A stretch of 64,000 nt of DNA from Candidatus Bathyarchaeota archaeon (GCA_963705145.1 CAVPJA010000004.1:43810-107809); one strand, 5' to 3'; shown: positions 49,993-60,536, counted from the stretch's first letter. The notes: a model not told the origin generated them from the sequence alone. Numbers and translations are program-made.

Positions 49993-51621
49993 TTATTCTG
50001 TTGGCATTGGTTTGTAGCGTGAGAGTATTCCCTTTTTTATTTTGGGTTCTCTTGGTTTCCAAGCAACCAAACGTGCTTTGAGTTCTTTGTCGGATAATTC
50101 AACTTTAAGGGCGCGGTTGGGGATGTCGATTGTTATGATGTCTCCGTTTTTCAGTGCTGCGATGGGTCCACCTTCGAAAGCTTCTGGAGCAACGTGTCCG
50201 ATGCTTCCTCCACGTGTGGCTCCTGAGAAGCGTCCATCCGTGATTAAGGCAACACTTTCACTAAGACCCATGCCGGCAATGGTTGCTGTTGGGAAAAGCA
50301 TTTCAGGCATTCCGGGTCCGCCTCTTGGTCCTTCATAGCGTATTACGACCACTTCGCCGGGTTTGATTTCGTTGCCGCGGATGGCGGTCAGAGCTTCTTT
50401 TTCTGAGTCGTAGACTTTTGCTGGACCAGTGTGCTTTTGCATCTTTGGTGAGACGCCTGCGGTTTTAATGACTGAGCCTTTTGGCGCAAGGTTACCTGTT
50501 AGGATGGCGATTCCGCCTTCCTTGTGGACAGGATTTGTTAAACTGTGAATGACTTCTCTGTTTAAGACAACCGCGTCTTTGATGTTCTCACCAACCGTGT
50601 TACCCGAAACTGTTGGCAGTTTTAGATTGAGCAAACTTTTGAGTTCACCCATGACAGCTGGAACTCCCCCGGCTGAATCCAAATCCTCAAGTGCATAAGA
50701 CCCGCTTGGAATCATACTGCATAAGTGGGGAACTTTTCGGCCGATTTCATCGAAGTTTGAAAGGGGTAAGGTTAGGCCTGCTTCTTTGGCGATTGCTGGC
50801 AAATGCAGGGTTGTATTGGTTGAGCCGCCGAGCGCCATGTCTACTGCAATGGCGTTTTCGAAAGCTTCTTTGGTCAGAATTTGATATGGTTTGAGGTCAT
50901 CTTTGATTAGTTTGATTATTTGTTTACCCGTGGCTCTGGCTAGTCGAAGTTTGAATGCGCTTGTAGCAAGAGAGGTTCCACAGTAAGGAAGAGACATCCC
51001 TAGCGCTTCAGTTAAGCATGCCATAGTGTTGGCAGTGAACATTCCGCTGCAGGAGCCGCATCCTGGACAGGCTTCTGATTCCATCTCAAGTAATTCTCCT
51101 TCACCCATTTTTCCAGCAGCCACTTGTCCGAGTGCTTCTGGCATTGAAGAGTAACTTATTTTTTTGCCGCGATGATGTCCTGCAGCCATAGGTCCTCCTG
51201 TAACCATTATTGAAGGAATATTGACGCGTGCAGCTGCCATTAGCATGCCAGGTGTGACTTTGTCACAGTTAGAAATCATAACGAGGCCGTCTAAACTGTG
51301 TGCTTGGAGCATTATTTCAACTGAATCAGCGATTATTTCGCGTGAGGGCAACGAGTAACGCATGCCGTCATGTCCCATGGCGATTCCATCGCAAACCGCA
51401 ATCGTGTTGAATTCAAACGGTGTGCCGCCTGCAGATAAGATGCCTTCTTTTACAGCTTCTCCTATAATACGAAGGTGAATGTGTCCGGGAACGATATTTG
51501 TGTAGCTGTTAGCTATGCCGATTAGTGGCTTTGCTATGTCATCATCTTGTAATCCTAAGGATTTTAGAAGCGCTCGGTGAGGCGCTTTTTCTGTTCCTTT
51601 TTTTATTTGGTCACTACGCAT
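49993..51621 (-). CDS. ilvD: Dihydroxy-acid dehydratase
   Basis: CDGIAMG, NCDKVTPG, CSGMFTANTM, GGSTN, TDGRFSG; true start ATG 51621. Confidence 0.95.
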   Translation of the reverse strand: MRSDQIKKGTEKAPHRALLKSLGLQDDDIAKPLIGIANSYTNIVPGHIHLRIIGEAVKEGILSAGGTPFEFNTIAVCDGIAMGHDGMRYSLPSREIIADSVEIMLQAHSLDGLVMISNCDKVTPGMLMAAARVNIPSIMVTGGPMAAGHHRGKKISYSSMPEALGQVAAGKMGEGELLEMESEACPGCGSCSGMFTANTMACLTEALGMSLPYCGTSLATSAFKLRLARATGKQIIKLIKDDLKPYQILTKEAFENAIAVDMALGGSTNTTLHLPAIAKEAGLTLPLSNFDEIGRKVPHLCSMIPSGSYALEDLDSAGGVPAVMGELKSLLNLKLPTVSGNTVGENIKDAVVLNREVIHSLTNPVHKEGGIAILTGNLAPKGSVIKTAGVSPKMQKHTGPAKVYDSEKEALTAIRGNEIKPGEVVVIRYEGPRGGPGMPEMLFPTATIAGMGLSESVALITDGRFSGATRGGSIGHVAPEAFEGGPIAALKNGDIITIDIPNRALKVELSDKELKARLVAWKPREPKIKKGILSRYKPMPTE

Positions 51622-51706
51622 ACTTATGCCTCTGTGTAATCTTAACTCACCAATAATTTTATATTTAAGCTTGCCCCCTTGAAAATGAATGTGATTTAAA
51701 TGGGGT

Positions 51707-53218
51707 ATTGCTTTATTCAACCGCTTCCCTGAGTCTGTAAGATTTTTAGACACCACCCTGCGTGATGGTGAACAAACACCTGGAGTATCTCTTGTTCCTG
51801 AAAATAAGTTACGCATTGCTCAGCGTCTTGACGAGCTTGGCGTAGATGTTATCGAAGCTGGGTTCGCGGCGGTTTCTGATGGCGAAATGGAATCCATAAA
51901 ACTCATTGCAAAGCAGGGTTTGAGAGCGCATATTTTCAGTGCTGCAAGAGGCACCAAAAATGACATTGACGCTGTTTTGAAGAGCGGTTGTTCGGGTGTG
52001 TCCATGATCATACCCACTTCAGATTTACATATAGAATGCAAACTGCACAAGACAAGGGAGCAAATACTGAAAACCACTGAAGAAGTTGTTGGCTACGCTA
52101 AAGCCCAAGGTTTGAAGGTAGAGCTTTTGGCTGAAGATGCTACACGCTCAGACTTTGAGTATTTAACCCAAGTTTTCCAAGTTGCTACAGATGTGGGCGT
52201 TGATAGAGTAGTACCCTGCGACACTGTCGGAATCTTAACACCTGAGCGTGCTGCAGAGTTCTTCTCGAACCTCAAAAAATCCCTCAAAGTTCCAATAGCT
52301 GTGCATTGTCATAACGACTTTGGTATGGCAGTTGCCAACACAGTTGCCGCTTTAAGCTCAGGCGCTGACGAATGCCACGCTACAATAAACGGTTTAGGTG
52401 AACGTGCAGGCAACGCGGCACTCGAAGAAATAGTGATAACACTTCGCTCGCTCTACAAGCTGGACTTGAAAATTAAAACCGAACTCCTCTACAGCACCTC
52501 GCAGTTGGTTTCACGATTAACGGGCGTCTACACACAGCCTAACAAGGCAGTCGTCGGAGAAAACGCATTCACACACGAATCAGGCATTCACACTCAAGGC
52601 GTACTTGCAAATCCTTTGACTTATGAGCCGATTGCCCCTGAACTTGTAGGATGCACAAGACGCATTGCCCCAGGAAAACACTCAGGATCCAACGCAATAC
52701 GAGCAGACTTAGCTAACATGGGACTAAAACCAACAGAAACACAGTTCAAAGGTATCTTAAAACGAATCAAGGAATTAGGTGACAAAGGCAAAACAGTCAT
52801 GGATGCAGATGTGCTGGCTATCGCTGAAGCTTTCATGGGGTTGGACAAAACTAAACCTATACAGCTTGAAGAAATGACGTACGTTGGGGGCGATAAAGTT
52901 ACTTCGACCGCTTCAGTGCGCTTGAAACTAAACGGTAAGGTCGTTTGGGGCGCTGCAGTGGGTGTTGGACCAGTTGACGCCACGATAAACGCGGTTAAAC
53001 ACGCTATTGCAGAAACCGAGCCCATCACGCTTGAGCAATACAATGTTAAAGCTATTACTGGCGGAACAGATGCGATGGTTGAGGTCGTAGTGCATATGCG
53101 AAAAGGCGATCGAAAAGTCACTGCAATGGGAGTCCGCGAGGACATCGTTAAAGCAAGTATGGAAGCAGTCCTAAGCGGTATGAACGTGCTGACAACCGAC
53201 TACAGCAATAAAACGTAA
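51707..53218 (+). CDS. cimA: (R)-citramalate synthase / IPMS paralog (start codon non-canonical or frameshifted)
   Basis: Frame open from 51695 carries [12 protein letters not shown] upstream of the first ATG; [25 protein letters not shown]. Confidence 0.75.
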   Translation: MALFNRFPESVRFLDTTLRDGEQTPGVSLVPENKLRIAQRLDELGVDVIEAGFAAVSDGEMESIKLIAKQGLRAHIFSAARGTKNDIDAVLKSGCSGVSMIIPTSDLHIECKLHKTREQILKTTEEVVGYAKAQGLKVELLAEDATRSDFEYLTQVFQVATDVGVDRVVPCDTVGILTPERAAEFFSNLKKSLKVPIAVHCHNDFGMAVANTVAALSSGADECHATINGLGERAGNAALEEIVITLRSLYKLDLKIKTELLYSTSQLVSRLTGVYTQPNKAVVGENAFTHESGIHTQGVLANPLTYEPIAPELVGCTRRIAPGKHSGSNAIRADLANMGLKPTETQFKGILKRIKELGDKGKTVMDADVLAIAEAFMGLDKTKPIQLEEMTYVGGDKVTSTASVRLKLNGKVVWGAAVGVGPVDATINAVKHAIAETEPITLEQYNVKAITGGTDAMVEVVVHMRKGDRKVTAMGVREDIVKASMEAVLSGMNVLTTDYSNKT

Positions 53219-53397
53219 TAGCGTACGAATTCTCTTTTATTTAAATGCAAATCGTCTGTTGTAATATTATAACTACTGCAAATCCTTTTACAGTAAAACC
53301 CGTTAAATTTTTGAAACGGTTTGCTTCAGAATTGTATGTCTTTTTTTCCAAAACAGAAAATAAGGGGTTTTTATTGGGTTTAGCCGAAGGAGTGGAG

Positions 53398-53724
53398 ATG
53401 AAAACCGAGCGCATATCTAAAAGGCACCTTACTGCTGCATGGAAAACGCTTAGTAGCAAGCCAATGCCAAAAGTTAAAGCGTTAAGGTTAAGCGATGAAG
53501 ATTTTAATCATGTTCTAAAGCATCGCCAATGCATCGAAGATGATTTTCGAGAAATAGAAGAGTGGGGAAGGATTCTTTCAACCCATGACACGGATGCGTG
53601 TGTATTTAGCGGTGACGAAACCGACGATGCCGAATACATTATTCTAGTAAGGAAGAATCCCTATCACAGCATGGATGAAATCATTGTTCATGAGTTGGCG
53701 CATATTGCCAGGGGAGACCTCTAA
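53398..53724 (+). CDS. Small HExxH (zincin-like) hypothetical protein
   Basis: GGAG SD before ATG 53398; C-terminal IIVHELAHIARGD. Confidence 0.65.
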   Translation: MKTERISKRHLTAAWKTLSSKPMPKVKALRLSDEDFNHVLKHRQCIEDDFREIEEWGRILSTHDTDACVFSGDETDDAEYIILVRKNPYHSMDEIIVHELAHIARGDL

Positions 53725-54675
53725 CTATATTTTCTTGACGACAGCTTCAGAAAACAACTTTAAACCATTTGTGCTTGGCAAATCTGCGAAGTACAACATA
53801 AAATAAGTCACGCCCAAATCAACATAAACCTGTAACTGTTCCAAACATTCGTTTGGAGTGCCAGACAAATTGCCCTTCCTGAATTCATCCATAGGCAAAC
53901 TTGAGGGTTTGCGCAGAGAAATCATTTCTTCTAATTCTCTTTGTTTCTGAACAATCAACACTTGCCCTCCAGGCCAGCAGGAAAGCTCAATCTCGCCAAA
54001 GTCTCTTCCAACGACTTTGCATTGTTCTTGTAACAACCCAAGTTTACGCTTATAATCCTCTGCAGATGACAGAGAACCCCAATCACATCTGTCAGCATAC
54101 TTTGCGGTAATTTTCATCGTCAGTTTTTCGCCTCCACCGCCAACGGTGATAGGTGGATGGGGTTTCTGCAACGGTTTTGGCTCACAAACTGCCTCTTTGA
54201 GGGTGTAATGTTTTCCTTGGTAATTTGCTTTCTCTTGAGTCCATAGTCGCGTTATCACTTCCAAAGCTTCGCCTAAGCCTTCAATTCTAACGTTCGCTTT
54301 AGGAAAACCATATCCATAAGCCAAATGCTCAGCTTCCTGGCAACCTGCACCGACCCCAAACTCTATTCTGCCATTCGAAAGAACATCAAGGGTGGCGGCA
54401 GTTTTAGCAAGCAATGCTGGGTTTCTGTGGGCATTGCAAGTAACCAAGGTTCCCAGTCGTATCTTGTTGGTTAAGGATGAGAGCGCGGAGAGAGTTATCC
54501 ACGGCTCAAGGATTGGCCAGTTATTATACATTAAATGATCGTCAAGCCAAACCGAGTCATAGCCTAAACGTTCACATTTCAAAACAATAGTTTTAAGTAG
54601 CTCAAAGTATTCGGTGGACGTTTTTGTTTGGAAAGCGTAGAAAGGTAGGAATACGCCGAATTTCAGTTTGCGCAA
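53725..54675 (-). CDS. LLM-class flavin/F420-dependent oxidoreductase
   Basis: GYDSVWLDDH, RLGTLV, RNPALLAK, PKPLQKPHPPI. Confidence 0.9.
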   Translation of the reverse strand: MRKLKFGVFLPFYAFQTKTSTEYFELLKTIVLKCERLGYDSVWLDDHLMYNNWPILEPWITLSALSSLTNKIRLGTLVTCNAHRNPALLAKTAATLDVLSNGRIEFGVGAGCQEAEHLAYGYGFPKANVRIEGLGEALEVITRLWTQEKANYQGKHYTLKEAVCEPKPLQKPHPPITVGGGGEKLTMKITAKYADRCDWGSLSSAEDYKRKLGLLQEQCKVVGRDFGEIELSCWPGGQVLIVQKQRELEEMISLRKPSSLPMDEFRKGNLSGTPNECLEQLQVYVDLGVTYFMLYFADLPSTNGLKLFSEAVVKKI

Positions 54676-54853
54676 GCAAATCCTCCAATCAAGAGCTAAT
54701 TACGTATTGGGCAGTTGGCGGTATTAGGCTTTAGGTTTGGTCGCTTTTTATTTTCTTAATTCTTTTCCGCGGATAAACGACAACACTGATGCAAAAACAA
54801 GAATAATTATCAAAACGTACAGGGCGTTGTGGATGCCTACTTAGAACGCTTGG

Positions 54854-55254
54854 CTAACACCGCCACTGAGTTGGTTTGTTACTATAAACACTTGGAAAGC
54901 AACTTTTCCTTGAACTGAAGCAACTGCAACTGAAATTGCCAATATAAAACTCCCCAATTATACCTATGTTTGCGCTGCTCTTAGGGCATCTTCGTCTCAT
55001 CATTCCTCCGAACTGGAAAGGATAGATTGGCTGGTAGTATTGTATTGAGTGTGTGGTTGTGCTAGGTTGGTTTGTATAGGGTGAACTATTGTATCCATTA
55101 CCATAGCCTCCCATAATTCCTCCGCCAAACACGTCCCCATCATGCCGCCGAATACGTTGGAACTCGATTACCCCATTGCAGCTACTATGGAAACTAGTAG
55201 CAATGCCGCAACGAGCGTTATGCCCATTATGGTCAATATTTTTGAAGATTTCAT
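54854..55254 (-). pseudogene. Decayed gene for a secreted/membrane Gly-Met-rich protein
   Basis: Signal-peptide-like MKSSKILTIMGITLVAALLLVSIVAAMG then an in-frame TAA; GGMMG / GGIMGG / GGMMR pieces lie in different frames. Confidence 0.5.
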
Positions 55255-55399
55255 TTTTTTACCTTCGAGTTTATCTGAAACATATTAGGGTACATAAGCG
55301 GTTTGGAGAGCTTTAGAAATATGAATGATAAGTCCAAAATTGATGGGATAAGTAATTATAATTCATAAACCCTATTTTTGAAGCAGACCTAACTTAACC

Positions 55400-55930
55400 G
55401 TGATTCCTGATATGCCGTCTAAACCGCCTTCTACATACGAACTGATGGATGAAGAAGCCAGTGCACAGGTTGATGAAGAAGCAGAGAAGCGGCAGCGGCG
55501 CAAGGAACTTATCGACCCCACAGGGGTCAAAGAAATCTTCAAAGATGGCAAAATTAAAATTAACGAGTTTACGTGTGTGGGTGGACAATGCAGACTTTGC
55601 ATCAAAGCTTGTCCAACAAACGCGTTGTATTGGGGTACAGGTAAAGTTGGAATCACAGAGGACTTGTGCGTTTACTGCGGTGCTTGCGTTCTTAATTGCA
55701 TGGTGAATGACTGTATAAAGGTCGAGCGAAAACGTGAAGATGGTAAAACAGAGTGTTTCAGCAAGCCTCGCGATGTTATTATGCTTCAAGAGAGAATTAA
55801 TTGTCAAAAACGTTTTGAACGCGTAAGAACCAATGCAGTAACGAAGTGGCACTACGTGAATAGAGACGATAACCTCAAGAAATATCAAAACTTGAAGCAA
55901 CTGTATGTAGATCAGGAATACAAAATCTAA
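55400..55930 (+). CDS. 4Fe-4S dicluster protein
   Basis: CVGGQCRLCIKACP and CVYCGACVLNC. Confidence 0.82.
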   Translation: MIPDMPSKPPSTYELMDEEASAQVDEEAEKRQRRKELIDPTGVKEIFKDGKIKINEFTCVGGQCRLCIKACPTNALYWGTGKVGITEDLCVYCGACVLNCMVNDCIKVERKREDGKTECFSKPRDVIMLQERINCQKRFERVRTNAVTKWHYVNRDDNLKKYQNLKQLYVDQEYKI

Positions 55931-56013
55931 CGCATGATTGGTTGCGATTTGTTAAAAGCATAGGAATGCTGATAAGCAAAAACATTATTTTACAAACTCA
56001 GAAGGTAACTCAA

Positions 56014-57036
56014 TTGATTAAAACTTACGATGTAGCTGTGCTTAAAGGCGACGGGATAGGTCCCGAAGTTACTGAGGCAACCGTGAAAGTTCTTGAGACA
56101 GTTCAAGAAAAAGCAGATTTCAAACTAAACTTCCTTTATGGCGAAGCAGGGTACCACTGCATAGCTGAAAATGGCACTAATTTGCCTAAACAGACAATAG
56201 AATTAATCAAGCAAACCAAAGCGTGCTTGAAAGGTCCAATGACTACACCTGAAGAGCCAGGTGCACCCGTAAGTGTTGCTGTTACCCTGCGAAAAATGTT
56301 CAACTTGTATGCAAATGTGCGTCCCTGCAAGAGTTTTCCAAGTGTTGAAGCCTTAAAACCCAACATTGATTTGATTGTGGTGCGTGAGAACACAGAAGGC
56401 TTGTATTCGGGTGCAGAATCCCTGCTTGCACCTGGAGTTGGAGTAGCGCTGAGAATAATTACGAGGGAAGCTTCATTAAAGATCGCTGAATTCGCATTTA
56501 AACTTGCAGGCCAACGCCGAAAACATTTAACATACGTCCACAAAGGCAACATTCTACGCATAACCGATGGAATATTCAAGGATGCAGTCAAAGAAGTCCA
56601 GCAAAAATACCCAGACATTGAAGTTGACGACTTACACATTGACGCAGCAACCATGCAACTAATCAAGAAACCCGAAAGCTATGATGTGATGGTTACAACA
56701 AATCTTTTTGGAGATATACTCTCCGATGAAGCAGCGCAGGTTACAGGCAGTTTGGGTTTGGCTGCTGGTGCAAACATCGGCGCAACCTATGGCATGTTTG
56801 AACCAGTCCACGGCTCAGCACCCAAATACGCGGGAATGAACAGGGTTAACCCCATCGCCACCATAATGGCAGGTGTAATGATGCTTGATTATCTCGACGA
56901 AAAAACAGCCTCAACAAAAATCGAAACCGCTGTGATCGAGGTCCTAAAAGAAGGCAAAGTCAGAACAGCAGACTTGGGCGGCACTGCAACAACAAGCGAA
57001 ATGACAAATGCAATAGTAGCACATCTCAAACTTTAA
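56014..57036 (+). CDS. Isocitrate/isopropylmalate dehydrogenase family protein (second paralog)
   Basis: [32 protein letters not shown]; TTG start at 56014. Confidence 0.88.
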   Translation: MIKTYDVAVLKGDGIGPEVTEATVKVLETVQEKADFKLNFLYGEAGYHCIAENGTNLPKQTIELIKQTKACLKGPMTTPEEPGAPVSVAVTLRKMFNLYANVRPCKSFPSVEALKPNIDLIVVRENTEGLYSGAESLLAPGVGVALRIITREASLKIAEFAFKLAGQRRKHLTYVHKGNILRITDGIFKDAVKEVQQKYPDIEVDDLHIDAATMQLIKKPESYDVMVTTNLFGDILSDEAAQVTGSLGLAAGANIGATYGMFEPVHGSAPKYAGMNRVNPIATIMAGVMMLDYLDEKTASTKIETAVIEVLKEGKVRTADLGGTATTSEMTNAIVAHLKL

Positions 57037-58183
57037 TAATAGAAACTACCGTTGAAGTTCGGGTGGATAACTCTATTTTACCACCAAACCCTTTCTTAAC
57101 ATAAATATTTTGCAAAACCACTTTTTCACCTATTTTTAAATCCTTGAATGCTTCGGCGTGTTCCCTCCAAGCTGAAACACGAACGCTACCGCTGTCATCT
57201 TTTAAGTCAAAAACTGAGAGTCTGATTGTTTCGCCTTTAGATGTGGTAACTTCTTTGTTTTCAAGGACTTCGCATACAATGCCTTCAAAGTTAACTATTT
57301 GATCTTCAGTTAAACCAGGGATTTTGGTATACTTCAATTGAGCGGCTTGAACATTGATGAATGTGTTTGAGTCAACGTGTACTTCTATGCCTCCATTCTG
57401 GCCCTCTTTCACCCTTGCGTTAACCAACAGTAAACGAGCATTTGCTTTAAGAGCAGTTTCCAGTTCTGTTGTCTTCTCATTCCAAAAAACAACTGTTACC
57501 AAACCTGAATCATCCACTAGAGTTAGGCGTGTGACTGTGCCCACGCTTGTGTCGCTTCGGATGAAGGAGCTTTCGCTTAAAACCTCTTTTACCTCGCCTG
57601 ATAGGTTCACGCATCCATCTGTTGTAGTGAGTGTATTAATTTTTGTAGTGAACTTTTCAATAGATGGGCATTCATCGATTTTAGCTTCGGGTTCAAATTC
57701 GATTAGGCTTTTGTTGCCAAGATGCAACTCTGTTTTGCCATAACGGTCTTGACGTGTGTACCCATGAACCAACCTGACTGTTTGTCCAGCTTTCAGCTCA
57801 CCCCTCTCAACCAACTCAGCCTTCTCATTCCACAGCACTACACGCAAAATACCTTCTTTGTCAACTAGCATTAATGTGGCGAATTTGCCTGATTTTTCAG
57901 CGCCCTGAAAGGTTTTAGCTGGAAAAACGGCGATTAATCGACCTGCCACCGTAACATCGTATAAGCCGGCAAACAAACGATTTATAGATAGGATTCCGCT
58001 GTTATGAATCGTGTTTTGTTGTACTTGAACGCCGAATTTAGCTGCAATCAACCGCAACAATGTTTCGTCGCCAAGTAAGCCGGCTGTCCTGGCTTTTTCA
58101 GCTTTCAGTTTTTCCAGGATTTGCTCTTGGGTGATCAGTGGGTTTTTCTGTAGAATCTCTTGGATTAGGTCTTGGGTGTTCAT
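57026..58183 (-). CDS. rpa: Replication protein A-like ssDNA-binding protein (3 OB folds)
   Basis: Three repeats of D.(E/S)G..V..W OB-fold motifs after an N-terminal helical domain. Confidence 0.82.
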   Translation of the reverse strand: MNTQDLIQEILQKNPLITQEQILEKLKAEKARTAGLLGDETLLRLIAAKFGVQVQQNTIHNSGILSINRLFAGLYDVTVAGRLIAVFPAKTFQGAEKSGKFATLMLVDKEGILRVVLWNEKAELVERGELKAGQTVRLVHGYTRQDRYGKTELHLGNKSLIEFEPEAKIDECPSIEKFTTKINTLTTTDGCVNLSGEVKEVLSESSFIRSDTSVGTVTRLTLVDDSGLVTVVFWNEKTTELETALKANARLLLVNARVKEGQNGGIEVHVDSNTFINVQAAQLKYTKIPGLTEDQIVNFEGIVCEVLENKEVTTSKGETIRLSVFDLKDDSGSVRVSAWREHAEAFKDLKIGEKVVLQNIYVKKGFGGKIELSTRTSTVVSIIKV

Positions 58184-58296
58184 TTTAGGATGACACGATA
58201 AAGAAGTGCTGGGGCTTTTAATTTTTTGCATTTCTTAGGCTTGCTGGCTATGTTTATTAAAAACGTTGGTTCATCTCAAGTTTGCTTGGCAAATCG

Positions 58297-58553
58297 GTGG
58301 ATCTCAAGGTTTTTACCCAATTGTCATAGCATTGGTTGCCGTTGGAGTCATAATTATTTTGGTTGTGATTGTTCTTGCCTCAATAGGTGCAAAGAAGGAC
58401 AAGATTCATGGCGCTGGAGTAATTATGATTGGTCCTATCCCGATAATTTTTGGCACAGACAAAAAATCCGTAAAATCTATGTTGGTTCTTGCCTTGGCGC
58501 TTACTATTGTTGTCTTAATTATTACTTTTGTGTACTATTGGTTATTGAGGTAA
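58297..58553 (+). CDS. DUF131/TIGR00304 small membrane protein (likely GTG 58297 plus one missing T at 58310-58314)
   Basis: GAGVIMIGPIPIIFGTD motif. Confidence 0.75.
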
Positions 58554-58557
58554 AGCC

Positions 58558-58848
58558 GTGTTGAGCGATGAAGAAGCTGAAGATGTCGGAATCAGCATAT
58601 CTGGTCGATTGCTTAGTTTTTTGCTTTTAGAAATGGCTTTAGTTTTTGTTGGGATAGCAGTTTTGGTAGTTGCTTCCATGGTTTTGGGTGGATCAGAAAG
58701 TGTTGGCGGTATAATCTTGATTGGTCCAATTCCGATAGTTTTCGGTTCGAGACCTGACGCAGGTTGGCTAGTTGCTATAAGCTCAACTCTTACTGTTGCC
58801 AGTATAGCCTTGTTTTTAATTATGAATAAACGATTTAAAAGAAAATAG
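58558..58848 (+). CDS. DUF131/TIGR00304 small membrane protein, tandem paralog
   Basis: GGIILIGPIPIVFGS motif. Confidence 0.78.
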   Translation: MLSDEEAEDVGISISGRLLSFLLLEMALVFVGIAVLVVASMVLGGSESVGGIILIGPIPIVFGSRPDAGWLVAISSTLTVASIALFLIMNKRFKRK

Positions 58849-58862
58849 CTTTTAAAAAAGGG

Positions 58863-58985
58863 TTAATCTTTTGACTTCTCATCATCCTTGCCGTAATAAG
58901 CATACAGGAAGATAAGTAGTAAAGCAATAAATGTTGAGCCCATCAGGGCGTATTGGAGTGTTACGAAGTATGCACCTAGATCCAT
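58863..58985 (-). CDS. Unannotated 40-aa single-TM microprotein
   Basis: MDLGAYFVTLQYALMGSTFIALLLIFLYAYYGKDDEKSKD; GGAG SD, TTTAAATA upstream, T-tract downstream. Confidence 0.6.
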   Translation of the reverse strand: MDLGAYFVTLQYALMGSTFIALLLIFLYAYYGKDDEKSKD

Positions 58986-59203
58986 CTGAGGTTCTCCTTT
59001 GTATTTACCATATTGTTGTAGCGTCTTCATATTTAAATCTAAAGCTGAAGCATCTAACTAATCATCAGCATTCGTTTTAGCTGGCATATTCAAAAATGTT
59101 TAAAGGAAAAATTGAGGTCATAAAAAATAATTATTCAATTTGCAAAAAACAATACTCCCTAATTTAAATTGTCAGCAATAGTGATCGCAATTCTTTTCAG
59201 AAC

Positions 59204-59644
59204 CTAAAACAATGTTTTGGGGTCGGCTTTTTTCCAATCTTTCATCAACATGTCAAAGCACTCGTCATTTTCCTCAATAGGGTTAAACCAGCCCAAGTTC
59301 TGCGCTATTTTCTGTGTTAACAAATGGTAACACATATGGATTTTCTTGTCTAGTACTCTAAAGTAAAAGTCTTCACAGGGACAGAATTCTGCTTCAGGCA
59401 TAATCAAGTAATCCCGCTCTCTACCCACCACAATCCAAACGGTTCTGCCGCTTGGCTTGAAAACATATTTCTTGATTCTTCCTTCCTTTAGTGCATCGAG
59501 TGCTTTGGTGAACCTTGATCCAAAAAGATCATAGAGCTCTGTTAAGTTGCCACCTGATAGTTTGCCAGCTGTTTTTGCTTCTCTACAAATAGTGTTTATC
59601 GTTTCGTTTTCTGAGGTATCGTTCATCGTTGCATTACTACTCAA
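59204..59644 (-). CDS. SWIM zinc-finger protein
   Basis: WIVVG...Y...FCPCEDF...CYHL (CxC...CxH). Confidence 0.82.
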   Translation of the reverse strand: MSSNATMNDTSENETINTICREAKTAGKLSGGNLTELYDLFGSRFTKALDALKEGRIKKYVFKPSGRTVWIVVGRERDYLIMPEAEFCPCEDFYFRVLDKKIHMCYHLLTQKIAQNLGWFNPIEENDECFDMLMKDWKKADPKTLF

Positions 59645-59674
59645 GGATTAATTTGAATGTGGAGTTTTTAGGCT

Positions 59675-60271
59675 TTAGCCTATGTTTATTGGTTCGCCTT
59701 TAGATTTATTTGAGGCTTCGGCTTTTGGAATAATAACTTCTAAAACTCCGTTTTTGTAGCTGGATTTTGCCTCTTTAATCCTTACTTTAACTGGTAAAGC
59801 AGCTTCTTTGTAGTACTTGTAATTGGGGGTATCAACTGAAATTGTCAGTGAATCTTCAGTGCCGTGAAGTTTTATGTCAGTTTTTTCTACACCCGGCAAC
59901 TCCGCTACAACATGAATGTCTTCATTAGTTTCCACTGTGTCCACGAGTGGTTCCCGTTCTTCCTTAACTTGAGGAGTGCCTTTGAGTCCTTTTTTGATAT
60001 TTCCAAACTCCTGGATTTCAGGTTTACCGTCAGGACCAATCTTCATGCTATAACCGTAAACAAAAGGGCCCATTTCCTTAACTGTGCTGCCGTCTGGCAA
60101 CTTGCGTTCCTTAACATATTCCTTGGGAACTTTCTCTGCGAAGCTTTTAACTTCTTCATCCACCATCTTCTCCATTTCACGGAACATGTCATCTATATTG
60201 CTGAAAGGGTCCTTAGATAAACTACGGCGTTTCTTGAACCATTCAGGAGTATCCTCGTTGTCTGAAGACAT
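59675..60271 (-). CDS. hsp20: Archaeal small heat-shock protein
   Basis: GPFVYG...GPDGKP...FGN, EREPLVD, AELPGV, YKNGVLEV, terminal INI. Confidence 0.93.
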   Translation of the reverse strand: MSSDNEDTPEWFKKRRSLSKDPFSNIDDMFREMEKMVDEEVKSFAEKVPKEYVKERKLPDGSTVKEMGPFVYGYSMKIGPDGKPEIQEFGNIKKGLKGTPQVKEEREPLVDTVETNEDIHVVAELPGVEKTDIKLHGTEDSLTISVDTPNYKYYKEAALPVKVRIKEAKSSYKNGVLEVIIPKAEASNKSKGEPINIG

Positions 60272-60536
60272 TCAAATCTCCACTTACAGTTGAGGTTTTC
60301 AATCCAATAAATTTATTGTAACAAATATCATCAATTAGTGGTTGGCAACAAACGGTTTCTAATCTAACTTTTATTTTCAAAGAGCTTCCTATAGTTTTTG
60401 CATTAATTGATTTAGAATCATAGGTGCTGCGCAGAAACCTGTTTTTCACAATCAAGATATTTGTTGGGAAATCTTAAGGTTTAAATGAAGGCAGATAAAC
60501 TAAAATGGCATCGGTCTAAAAACCGAGAGGCAATGT

